This document shows, in pieces, positions 1 through 10,395 of a DNA stretch of 64,000 nt. Source of the DNA: Hydrolagus colliei. Lineage: Eukaryota. The stretch's first letter is position 1, and each line of letters opens with the position of its first letter. The stretch is taken from assembly GCA_035084275.1 (NCBI GenBank), contig CM068754.1, forward strand, positions 13,206,001 through 13,270,000, written 5' to 3'. The translations under genes were made by a program, and so were the position numbers. The notes beneath the pieces were generated by a model. The model did not search any database, was not told where the DNA came from, and saw nothing but the letters and a program-made list of their open reading frames with translations.

Positions 1-138
1 TCATCAGTACTTGTCTATGCCACCAGTACTTCCAGATATCCACAGTAGATTTTGTTGGATCATCCACCTCACTTTACCACGTAATGTCACGGAAATACCT
101 ATGCTTGATTTATTTACTTATTTATGCAGTTCTCTTCT

Positions 139-408
139 TGCCTGTGATCAGTGTCTGTGATTTGAAATAAACCTTGAAACATGTATCTTAGCAAAGCACC
201 AGCAGCAGAAGTGGCAGAAGCAGCAGCACATTTATATCATTGCAGGGAATAATAGTCTGCATACGTGAAGCGATTGATTAATGCTCAAGTAAGCATAAAA
301 CATTGCCTTTGCAAGGGACTTCATCCTTCAAACACGTTTGGGCGGTTGGCAACAAGGGAAATGTAACCAGAAGGAAACTGCCTGTGATCAGTGTCTGTGA
401 TTTGAAAT
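139..408 (+). repeat. Perfect 30-bp direct repeat pair (139-168 and 379-408)
   Basis: TGCCTGTGATCAGTGTCTGTGATTTGAAAT occurs identically twice, 240 bp apart, with unrelated flanks. Confidence 0.95.
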
Positions 409-1575
409 GGGTTGAGAGAAAAAGGGGTGTGGGGAGGGAGGGAAAGAAGGATTTTGAGCAGACAGGGTGTACGGGAAGTCCTGTCACTTGTCTGATTTTC
501 TATGACCTCAAGTAGTGTTTCCATTGAATACCTGAAAGGAAAACATACATCAACATTTCAGATGTGAACCGAAGCAAGTGAAAACAATCATGATCTGCTC
601 ACTCAAGTAAATATTTGCTCACTGACAGGTTTGGCTGATAATACTTAATTCTACTGTTTCTCTGTCTAGAGTGTCCAGCCTGCTGCAGTTTCTCGCTGAA
701 GGGATATGTAGAAGGGTGTAGGGCTTTCAAATACTTTCTTTATGGTTATTTATGACAAAGTGTTCATTTTGTAATGTGCCTCCTGTGAAAGCTTGGAAGA
801 TACTTGTGACCTAAGAGGCCAGTGGTAACCTTCACTTGCGGCACAGTCATGATTGACAGCGTCCCTGTACTCCTGCATCTCCTTGCTGTCCTCTCAACAA
901 AGCAAGGTACCTTCTGCTAACAGTTAGCAACCTTTAGTGTGAGTGCTGTCCTGAAACTGACAACTCCACATGTGGAATCCTCATTTCGCGAGGGATTGTG
1001 CTTTCTGTAACATTTCTGGCTTTTCATGTGTCTTTGTCGCAGAGAAAACCACAGTGGTTCCTATTAATGTTTCTTGGCAAGACTTTAACAAGTTCTTTTG
1101 GCCTTTAGCCAACTTTCAGCTTTTCTAACTCCAATTTTAGAGTGATGCTACTGCTCAAAATAAGGATAATAATATAGCCAAAATTCCACCACTTTTTACA
1201 AAATGATGTGAGCAGAGGAATGCTGATACCTAGATTGTTTATGATGGTATTAATGCTTGAGTAAGGCATTCATTTTGGATACTAATTTGAAGTGTTCAAA
1301 TATCTATCAAGGCCAATAATCCTATCCAGTTGCTAAATGAGATGTTTGCTGGTTGGGTCAAATCAATACCGAAAGTACATTAGTAACTTGAATGTTTGCT
1401 TTAGTTAGAGATTCAAATATATGATGGAGAGGTACAATTGATACGGCCAATTAACTCCTAAGAAAAAGCTAGAGTTAAGCTTCCCCCACTTAGCAAGGGT
1501 AATGAATATGAATTTAAGCATTCATGTGTTTACGCTTTTATTCTTCCCTATGTTTGTGTCCTGCTAACTCCAAAC

Positions 1576-1921
1576 TGACCTGCCTGCTCCCTCTGCTCAG
1601 CGGGCTCCAGCCTGCTCCGTGTCCCATGGGCAGTTGGGCCTTCAACTTCACCATCAGCCCACTATTGGCGGTGGGTCCTTCAACATCTCTGCCCCCACAC
1701 ATTGCAATTCCATTCCACGGTCCCTTCAACTCGCTCGCTGCCTTGCTTCCTTCAAGACCCATCTCAAGACCCTCCTCTTTGACCTTGCCTTCAGTCACCA
1801 TCCTAATCCACCCTCCCTGCTCCTGATCCCAACACTCAATTTGGGTCCAAATTCCTGACTGTCCAGTGCCTCCCAACTTGAAAGGTATCACAAAGATGTA
1901 AGTTGTTGTTTTTGTTGTTGT
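1576..1921 (+). mobile_element. L2 LINE, 5'-truncated 3' end (ORF2 C-terminus, 3'UTR, GTT tail)
   Basis: ORF 1619-1858 contains PTIGGGSFNISAPTHCNSIPRSLQLARCLASFKTHLKTLLF, matching the L2 ORF2 C-terminal motif G.RAFS..AP.LWN.LP....FK..LKT.LF. Ends in a degenerate (GTT)n tail and is homologous to the copies at 3826 and 8699. Confidence 0.9.
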
Positions 1922-3186
1922 GTGATTCATATCAGTCAATGTTCCCTGAAATATTTTCATCTAACAAGAACTAAGATGTTTGGTATTGCAGCAAAACAAT
2001 ATGTTGCTTTCATATGTTTGTATTAAGTGCCTGTTTCAAAATAAATGAGAGGTAATATGATTCCTTTGCGGTGGTTTACTAGCATATAATTTATGTTAAA
2101 GAAAAGCAGATGTGAGAAATTATAATAAGGATGAAACAAAACATCCAAATGTCAGGAACATCTCTTCCTTTCCATGTCCGATGGGAAATTATAACTTCCA
2201 CAAAATCTGGGTTATGACCTATTTGATTCATCCAGGCACCAGCCACACACATTAAAGCTGAAATTGTTTCTCACACAGTCTGAAAATCTACCATTGGAGC
2301 CAATTACTAAGGTTTGGATCTAATCTAATTCACTCGTGAATCACAATTAACAGGATGTGGTCTATTCAGATTGGGTAGGCAACTATTCTAGCATTGATGT
2401 TAAAAAACATTAAAAATTTCTATAAATCTGATCTTATGAGTGTGATAACATGCTATTCTTTGCCTACCAATGCAAACTAAATGTTTCCTAGCTGCAGGCT
2501 GTGATCTGCTGTGACAGAAGAATCCATAGCAAAATGTTTTACATCTTTTGAAATTTAATAATTCTAGTTAACTTCTTTTTGAATAGGATCTCAAGAAGTG
2601 CTAGGGCTAAGTAAGGAAATTTTGAGCCCAGGCTTTTCCACGCAGTTGAAAAATTCTTGTTAGCTCCTTTGGTAGATTCTCCACCTGAAACTCTAATGGA
2701 ATATCTGTCAAAAATGTTCTCCTGTTCACAGTCTGTATCAAAGCTCCCATATGTGCAAGATTTGCAAAGCATTGAGGAACCAGGCAACTGAAGTGGAGCA
2801 TTATTAGTGTGAGCACTTAGATTTTGAAATAAAATCTGTAAGTAGTTATAGTGACTTTTGCATAAATTCATTGACTTTCAATAAATCAAATTAGTCATTA
2901 AACCCACATTTCAATAACAGTTGAGAAAACTGAAGAGGGCAAACAGAAAAGGCTAGAGCAAAAAAGCAACATGAAGACTGTGAATTTAGATCATCTGTTG
3001 CCTTGTAATTATTTAGGTCAATCCGAATTCATTGTTTGTAAGACAAGTATCAAATTAAATTTCAATGCCAAAGATAAAATGTTTGTTTTCCCATTCTACC
3101 CCATTTATAAATTACTTGAATGATCTACAATCAGTTTTAAGATCCTGCTATTTGAAATTTTGTGTAAGGATATGACTGTTAATTAC

Positions 3187-3393
3187 AATAATAATAATAA
3201 TAATAACCCTTGCATTTGATAAGCACCTTATCACATCTTTGAGATATTTCAAAGCGCTTCACAGAATACACAGTACTGTGAAATGAATTGACTGTACTTC
3301 GTGGGCGAAACAAGGCAGCCAATTGCGCAGACCAGTGTCCCACAAACAATCGTGGATTGAGTGACCATAATTTTGTTTATTTCCGAGGAATTA
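3187..3393 (-). mobile_element. tRNA-derived SINE (family A), 3' half
   Basis: (TAA)n on + strand, then the shared tail and core GTGGGCGAAAC..GCAGCCAATTGCGCA..TGTCCCACAAAC seen in about 10 other copies. Confidence 0.9.
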
Positions 3394-3692
3394 GTTCAAT
3401 GAAGATAAATTATCATTGATAGCCATTATTTACAATAGATTCATCTATTTTCTTCATTTCAGTGTTAGGTGTTGAAATAATCTCACAATGTACTAACTAT
3501 TCTGTGCTACTTCCTCTAACTATGTCGATGACATAGTTATCTCAAAGTCAATTAGAGTTAACAAACAGATTCTTTCCACTTTGTAGCTCGGATGTGTTTG
3601 CTAATGGTAAAACCTTTACCCAATGATTATGTTAGGATATGTGTATAGTTCTACTTGTTCAGTTATGCTACAGAATTGTTAAAATACATATT

Positions 3693-3803
3693 AATAATAA
3701 TAATCCTTACATTTGATATAGTGCTTTTCACATCTTATCAATGTCTCAAAGCGCTTCACAGAATTTATTGTAAAGTGAATTGACTGTATATTTGTGGGCG
3801 AAA
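3693..3803 (-). mobile_element. SINE family A, 3' fragment
   Basis: AATAATAATAATCCTTACATTTGATATAGTGCTTTTCAC...TTTGTGGGCGAAA, same tail as other copies. Confidence 0.9.
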
Positions 3804-3825
3804 ATTTAACCCAGAGCCATCTTAA

Positions 3826-4287
3826 CAACAACAACAAACAATAAAATTGCACTTGTATAGCGCTTTCACGTTGGGAGGACTTCCCAAAGTGCTGAACAGT
3901 GTGGTCGGGTCCCGAGCGGGGGGGAGGGTGAGGGGGAAGAGTTAGTGGGGGGGGCAAAGGCGTGGTCGAAGAGGAAGCTCTTGATACCGACTTTGAAGGA
4001 GGAAAGGGAGGAGGCAAGGCAGAGGGGTTGCGGGATGGAGTTCCACAGTGTGGGAGCAGAGAGGCTGAAAGCCCGGTCGCCGATGGTTGGGCGGTTAGGG
4101 CGGTGGACGCTGAGCAGGCCTGAGTCTGCTGAACGGAAGGTGCGAGCAGGCTGATAGGGAGACAGTAGGTCAGAGAGACAGGTGGGGGCAAGGCTGTAAA
4201 TTGCCTTGGAAGTTAGGACAAGGATCTTGAATTCGATCCTCTGGAGGATGGGGAGCCAGTGTAGACGGGCGAGTGGGAGAATGGGAG
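3826..4287 (-). mobile_element. L2 LINE, young 5'-truncated copy with TSD
   Basis: ORF 3866-4339 has LHWLPILQRIEFKILVL..KAIYSLAPTCLSDLL..Y.PARTFRS...GDRAFSLSAPTLWNSIP (L2 ORF2 C-terminus). (CAA)n tail on + strand; TSD TCTTAA at 3820-3825 and 4288-4293. Confidence 0.95.
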
Positions 4288-4614
4288 TCTTAAATAATGC
4301 TAGGAAATGATATATATGTTGGTCTACAAAAGTTTTCAACAGCTATTTGTTTGAAAGGTAGTAAATTGAATAAACTAAGTTATAAGCTCATCATTTCAGT
4401 AACCACATTGATCAATGTATTTGCTAACATTCTTGTACTGTATAACCATATACAATATTTTAGTGCAACACTAAACCCGAAGCTTCAAGGAAAATAGACA
4501 TAATGTTTTGAATGCGGTCAAGCGTCTTCAAAAGCATTGTATTATAGAAACATATGTCTTTGTATGTGCCTTTTAGAATGCAACCTATTTTCAGTTGATC
4601 TCATGAAGCTGTGA

Positions 4615-4853
4615 TGCCTTCACACAATATACTGTAAAGTGAATTGACTGTATACTTGTGGGCAAGACATGACAGCCAATTGCGCACAGCAATGTCCCTC
4701 AAACAGTCGTGATTGAAATAAACTTTTTTGAGGGATTATTAAAATGAAGTTTACATGTGGAATAAGGAATTTTCCCAAGGTTTCACACTGCCTGAAATTG
4801 AACCCAGGTCTCTCACTTGTAAGGCGAGTGCTCTAATCACTGAGCTACAGGAC
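4615..4853 (-). mobile_element. SINE family A with tRNA head, tail end lost
   Basis: Reverse strand begins GTCCTGTAGCTCAGTGATTAGAGCAC (A box) ... GGTTCAATT (B box), followed by the core. Confidence 0.9.
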
Positions 4854-6377
4854 AAATTTGTGAATCTCAAATGTAAATCTACATACACTGTTCCATTGAC
4901 GTACAACACATGTGCATAACATTTTAGTCAATCATTATATTATATTGATCGATAATAATGCATGAAGGTTAACTGCATCTGCAATGTTTCACTTATTATT
5001 CCTGTATTATTTATCCCTTATTTGTTTTCTACATTGAAGGTGGATCACGAGAGGCTCAGATGAAGAAGGTCATTTGGCCCTAAAGGTCTATATTTGATGC
5101 TACATGACATCAGCTGAAAATATTGTTATATTTGTTAGGGATTGTTCAAGTGAATCATTTCAGTAACAGTATGTGAAATACTAGACTGGTATTAGGATGA
5201 GTAAACAATGGATGATCAGAAGTTGAGAAAAAGTTTGCTTGGATTTAAGGAATATATTCCTTTTGATTCCTCTCTATTTCAGGCGTTGCAGGAAACCGCA
5301 CTAGCAACACCAACACATGCAATAACAGAGATGGCACATTATTTTTACTGACTGTAATAATGTGAGCAGAAGAGGAGGTAGATGATGTGTTTGAAGGAAA
5401 AGCTGTTTGCAGAGATTTCTTTGAGTACTTTGCCTTGCTGTAAAATGTGGTGTCAGATGTTGGAGATGTTGATATGCCTTGAAATGGAAATGCGAACACA
5501 AAGCAACTTTCTACTTCATTTACAACACTTCTGTTACTTCTTATTCTTTGAAAGGCTTGATCAATTCATGCAAATGAAATTTACTGCTGCTTCCAATTGT
5601 GAGATTGAACACATCTGTGTAAATGTTTTTTTTAATTCCGACCCATTTTAATGAATGACTAAGTCTTGGCAAAGCTGGATTCGCATATCATACCAAATTC
5701 CTGCAGTTAAGGGAATAGACAATATATTTTAGACGCTTTAGGACAATTGGGTTACAGTAATTACAAAGGTTGACTGTGCAAGGGAGCGGAGATAATATCA
5801 GCAGATGTACAAGTTATTAGCCCAGGGTGCCTCAGTTTTTGTGTATCTGCTGGATCAGATTGCTTGCATTAAAGATATCATAAGCACTCATTGTTAAAAC
5901 AAACAAATTCCACCAAAATAAAAGAATAGGTAATCGTGAATAAATAAAATTAAAAACCATGATAATAATTGCTACTGTCTTATTTTATGAAGAGATTCAG
6001 CTCATGACTGCAGCCTCTTATCCCTTAAAGCACAATAAACAATACTATGATATTGTCAGATAGTGGGGATTGCCCCTGATTACACTCGTTATCAGTCAAC
6101 ATTTGTGTTCTGCATTTTATGCCAATTTCAGTGTATCTGAGATGCAACCATGTCAATCTTTGGAATCTGTGGTTGGGAAAAGTAGCTGGTTGGGAAAAGT
6201 AGCCTTCTTGGTCACTTATTGTCTTTTCAGTTCGTTTTAAAAGGAAAATACCATCACTCATAAACTAGATGGTGGAAGCAGAAATAATTAGTATTTGGGG
6301 TTTCCTTCTTGTTTTATGCAAGCCAGTTTTGGTAATATTTATTACAGCACAAAATTTATTACAATAACCAAAACGTC

Positions 6378-6570
6378 AATAACAACTTGCAATTATATAG
6401 CGCCCCTTCATGTGGGGTAGCAACTCAGACAGTGGCGGATCCTGACTCTAAGCCAGAGGAGGTGACTGTAAGCACAGTTGAAGAGGAAGGTCTTCAGACA
6501 TGATCTGAAAGAGGGGCCAAGGCGGAGGAATTGAGGGAGAGAATTCAGGGCCTAGTGGCTGAAAGCATGG
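6378..6570 (-). mobile_element. Older L2 3' end
   Basis: CAATAACAAC tail, TATATAGCGCC, then GAAGAGGAAGGTCTT...GGCTGAAAGC collinear with the young L2 copies. Confidence 0.7.
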
Positions 6571-6931
6571 ATGCTGATGCTTAACCACTTTCATTACTTC
6601 CAGTGTCAAAATGCTCTCAGCTGAAAACTGGAAGCAGTGATCAAAGATGAGAGTATCTGAAGTGTGCCAACAATTTCCGGGTAAGTAAAATGAAAAAGCC
6701 ACTAATCTGCTTCAATAAATCTGCTGTTCTTATCCAGAGCTCCTCTAAGCGCATTGTATAAGTGCACTGTTAAATAAGACTCATTCAAAAGCTTTTGATA
6801 GATGTGCATTTTTTGATAATTTTGTACGTATGTTTTGTGCGTGTAGTACTGTAGTAGGAATCTGAGAGGCTAGTGAGAATGTGGAACTTACTGCCAGATG
6901 TTGTGGTTGCAGCACAGTGCAACCACAACAT

Positions 6932-6980
6932 GTTTCCCGACGTGAAAGGCGCTCTATAAATGTAATTTGTTGTTGTTGTT
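6932..6980 (+). mobile_element. Tail-only L2 insertion with inverted-duplication 5' junction
   Basis: TCCCGACGTGAAAGGCGCTCTATAAATGTAATTT(GTT)n; probable TSD GTTGCA at 6906-6911 and 6981-6986. Confidence 0.85.
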
Positions 6981-6996
6981 GTTGCATCAATATATG

Positions 6997-7130
6997 GGAA
7001 AGGAGATTTGATGCATGCAAGGAGGGAAAGGAATAGAGGGGTACAGTATAGGAGAGAGGTGGAGTCTTTTGCGGATTATAAGCACTAGTCTGGATTAGAT
7101 GGCCTGAATCGACTTTTTCCATGCCATATA
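6997..7130 (+). mobile_element. CR1 LINE 3' end, degenerate
   Basis: GGAATAGAGGGGTAC...TAGATGGCCTGAATCGAC resembles the CR1 ORF2 end (G.EGY) and the 3'UTR ATGGGCCGAATGGCC motif. Confidence 0.6.
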
Positions 7131-7133
7131 GTA

Positions 7134-7537
7134 GAAGTCCCATTGCTCAGTGGTTAGAGAATTCACAGTGAGAGGACCTTGGTTCAATTCCTTGGGCAGG
7201 GCAAAACGTTAGGCACGTTTCCTTACTCCACGTGGCTATGTTTACCTATCAGTAAATAAGTACCCTCTTGTTAGTCGATTGGTGGATCACTTTTCCGGGG
7301 ATAAAAATCCCTTTTTAAAAAAAAAATCAAGAAATAGACTGGACGGACCGACTGTATGACTGATAATTTGGTCTCTTAATCCACAACGTTGTGTGGCACA
7401 CTACTTTGCGCAATTGGCTGCCACATTTTGCCCACAAAAGTATACAGTCAATTCACTTTAGAGTGCATTCTGTGAAGTCTTTTGAGATGTCTAGAAGATG
7501 TGAAAAGCACTATATCAAATGCAAGGATTATCATTAT
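7134..7537 (+). mobile_element. SINE family A, full-length long variant
   Basis: tRNA head (GCTCAGTGGTTAGAG...GGTTCAATTCC), extra module GTTTACCTATCAGTAAATAAGTACC..GTTAGTCGATTGGTGGATCAC, core and tail CAAATGCAAGGATTAT. Confidence 0.9.
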
Positions 7538-7595
7538 ATGTAGAAATGCAACCTTCATACGAGCAGAGTAATAGCAAAATGGAAATGGAAAACAT

Positions 7596-7716
7596 GAATA
7601 TTCTGTAAAGTGCTTTGAGATGTCTCGAAGACGTGATATGGCTCTATATCAAATACAACAACAACAACTTAAACTTATAAAGCGCCTTTCAAGTCGGGAG
7701 GACGTGGATGCTATTA
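7596..7716 (+). mobile_element. SINE A tail fragment interrupted by an antisense tail-only L2 (7656-7705)
   Basis: SINE tail ...TATATCAAATAC is followed by (CAA)n...AGCGCCTTTCAAGTCGGGAGGACGT, then resumes with GGAT. Confidence 0.8.
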
Positions 7717-8698
7717 CATATATTATATCACTTGATGTTATTGTATGGAAATTTATGTAACTGAAATGGAGTAAAGAATCTGCAATTCAGCATGCACATC
7801 CTTATCCACTATATTTTACTGATTCTCCAATTAGTAATTTCTCAAATCTGAAGTACAGAAAATGTCAGTTGCTGTTCCTCTCTACAATTAGCACAAGTCC
7901 CACATTGCTTTGGCCTCAAGCCCATTTCCATCAAGAGGAATTGTCAGTTGCAAACATCAGAGTGAAAAAAGAGACCATTTTTGCGATCACAGATTGACCT
8001 GAAACCCGGGTGAGCTAGAAATGCTGTATGAACAAGCAAGAGCCTTTGAGAAGAACTAAATGATGCACCTCAGCTCACATCTGCTGGCAGACAACCCGCT
8101 GCTAATGTGTACAGAGGCTATTGCGTCCCTGGACTTTTCTTTCCAGTGCTTCCTGAACACTTGTGAAAGCAATAGGCAAAATGCTTTAGCTATGCCTTTA
8201 AGTGTTACATTAGTAGCACTTGTGTTTTTTCTATTTCCACCAAACAGCATGAATTCAAGCTGCGCTTCTTTCAAAATTGTAGGGTTTGTAAAATGCCTTG
8301 TGATAATCAAGGTCACGTGTTCCATTGATTAGCTTAACAAAGGTAAAATAGTCTTTCAGAATGTTAAATACAGTATATGCATTTTATTTGTATGCAAGTG
8401 GGCTGTTGGTGCTAAATCAATAAACTGATTGCTTAAAGCTCCTTAAATCTTGTCTTTCTTGAACCTTCAAATCATTTTGGACTTGCCATAACAAACCAAC
8501 TGCAACATGACTGTTTGGTGGATGTGCCTTATCTTGCCTGTGTTATTTTTACACACATGAATTTAGTAGATTAATGCAGAGTACGTCTGTGTGGACAACA
8601 TTAAATTGTATTTTGAAACTGAATACATTAACTCTCTCCAACTTTAAGGCCCTGATATAGCACGAGATGGACATATGCTGTTTTAGTCAATAATGAAC

Positions 8699-9186
8699 AA
8701 CAACAACAAAATTACATTTATAGAGTGCCTTTCACGTCAGGAGGACATCATAAGGCACTGAACAGTTAGGTCGGGACCCGAGCGGGAAAGGGGTTGGGGA
8801 GGGAGAAGGAGAGTAGGAGGGGAGAAGAAGGCATGGTTGAAGAGGAAGGTCTTGAGGCTGGCCTTGAAGGAGGAAAGGGAGGAAGTGAGGCGAAAGGACT
8901 GCGGGATGGGGTTCCAGAGTGTGGGGGCAAAGAAGCTGAAAGCCCGGCCACCGATGGTAGAGCGGTTCGGGTATGTGATGTGGAGCAGGCCAGAGCCCGC
9001 TGAACGGAGGGGACGGGCAGGCTGATAGGGAGACAGCAGGTCAGAGAGACAGGCAGGGGCAAGGCCGTGAATGGCCTTGAAAGTGAGAACAAGGATCTTG
9101 AATTCGACCCTCTGGGAGATGGGGAGCCAGTGGGGATGGGCGACGGTGGGAGTGATGTGCTCGTGGAGCCTAGTGCGGGAGAGTAC
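8699..9186 (-). mobile_element. L2 LINE, young 5'-truncated copy with TSD
   Basis: ORF 8737-9231 has HEHITPTVAHPHWLPISQRVEFKILVLTFKAIHGLAP..LRS..GGRAFSFFAPTLWN..FKASLKTFLF. (CAA)n tail; TSD ATGAAC at 8693-8698 and 9187-9192. Confidence 0.95.
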
Positions 9187-10164
9187 ATGAACTGCAGAAA
9201 TTAGGTTTTGGCATGTTAATAAGAGACCCATGAAGAAATTGGTGGTGTTCTAGATCATATTCTTGTTAAATTATGACAAATTTGCTTTATTACCTGATTG
9301 CACCATGTAGGTCAAATTGAGGCAGTCAACAACCTAAGGTGCTTATTTAACAGCTACCTCAGATCACTAGCTGTATAGTTGTTCTTCCAAGCCAACAACT
9401 TCAGTAATGTAGCTCATTTAAATTTTTTTAAAAACTCTTGAATTCAGACTGAAATGGATGGAACAACACAATAAGCACCATCTGTAACAGAAGGCCACCA
9501 AGCCTCAGGCTGCACTTCAGAGAAACACTTTTCAACAGAAAAATAGGGTGCTTTTTCTTGTCCCACAGATTGACAGGCATTCTGCTGAATTCTACGAAAT
9601 TCTTGCAAAAGCAGATTGGAAGATTAAATACCATGAGATTTTAAATTATCATGATGTGAGTTCTACACAATTCATTGGCAAGCAGATTTTTCTTCAAAAT
9701 AACATGCATCACTGTTATTGAGTAAAATGGTTTATGGAAGATATGACACAAACTGCAAAATGTTTCACAATACAATACACAGAATGGACTATCTATTTTG
9801 CACTTTGAAAATGTATTTAAATTATCTACCCTCTCACACAACATTAAAGATGAACAATTCTGTATAACAGTTGAGCACTTGGAGAAGTCTTCCCTACATT
9901 AAATACATTTTATAAAATATATAAAAATGTATATCGTATTGCAATCATGACTGGTTAGAGTCTATCAGATGTTCTAAAAATTTACCCAATAAAAAAAAAG
10001 CATCACATTTGTTTTGTGGAAAACAAAACTCTAGCTGAATTTTTGCAAAACTTGTTTTAGAGTGCCTTTTTCAAATGTATAAAATAGTTAAAGGAATTGG
10101 GATTTCACACTCTCGGTTTAGATGAAGAAACTGCATCAGTCACTTGATATTCTTCTAAAGCACA

Positions 10165-10395
10165 CACACTCACTTCCTGCTACAGCATCAAGCAGTTTCT
10201 TAAATGAGTCTTGGTTCCTGATCTCAACCACTCTTCCTAGCAATCCATTCCCATCACTATTTACCTTCTGTGTAAATAAATATTTATTGACATCTATCTT
10301 GAAAGTACACTTCTCAGCCTTGAATCAATTCCCTGTTGTCCCACTGCCATAGCATCTCTGAAAGTATTGTTCTGGTTTGCTTCATCCACTATGAT
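10165..10395 (-). mobile_element. CR1 ORF2 C-terminal relic
   Basis: Reverse strand reads approx. FKIDVNKYLFTQKVNSDGNGLLGRVVE...DSFKKLLDA, matching CR1 FF.QRV...WN.LP..VV.....FK..LD. Confidence 0.75.

Noticed and set aside
139-408. CRISPR-like interpretation of the 30-bp repeat
   Set aside because: Only two copies, a 210-bp spacer, eukaryotic context and no cas genes.
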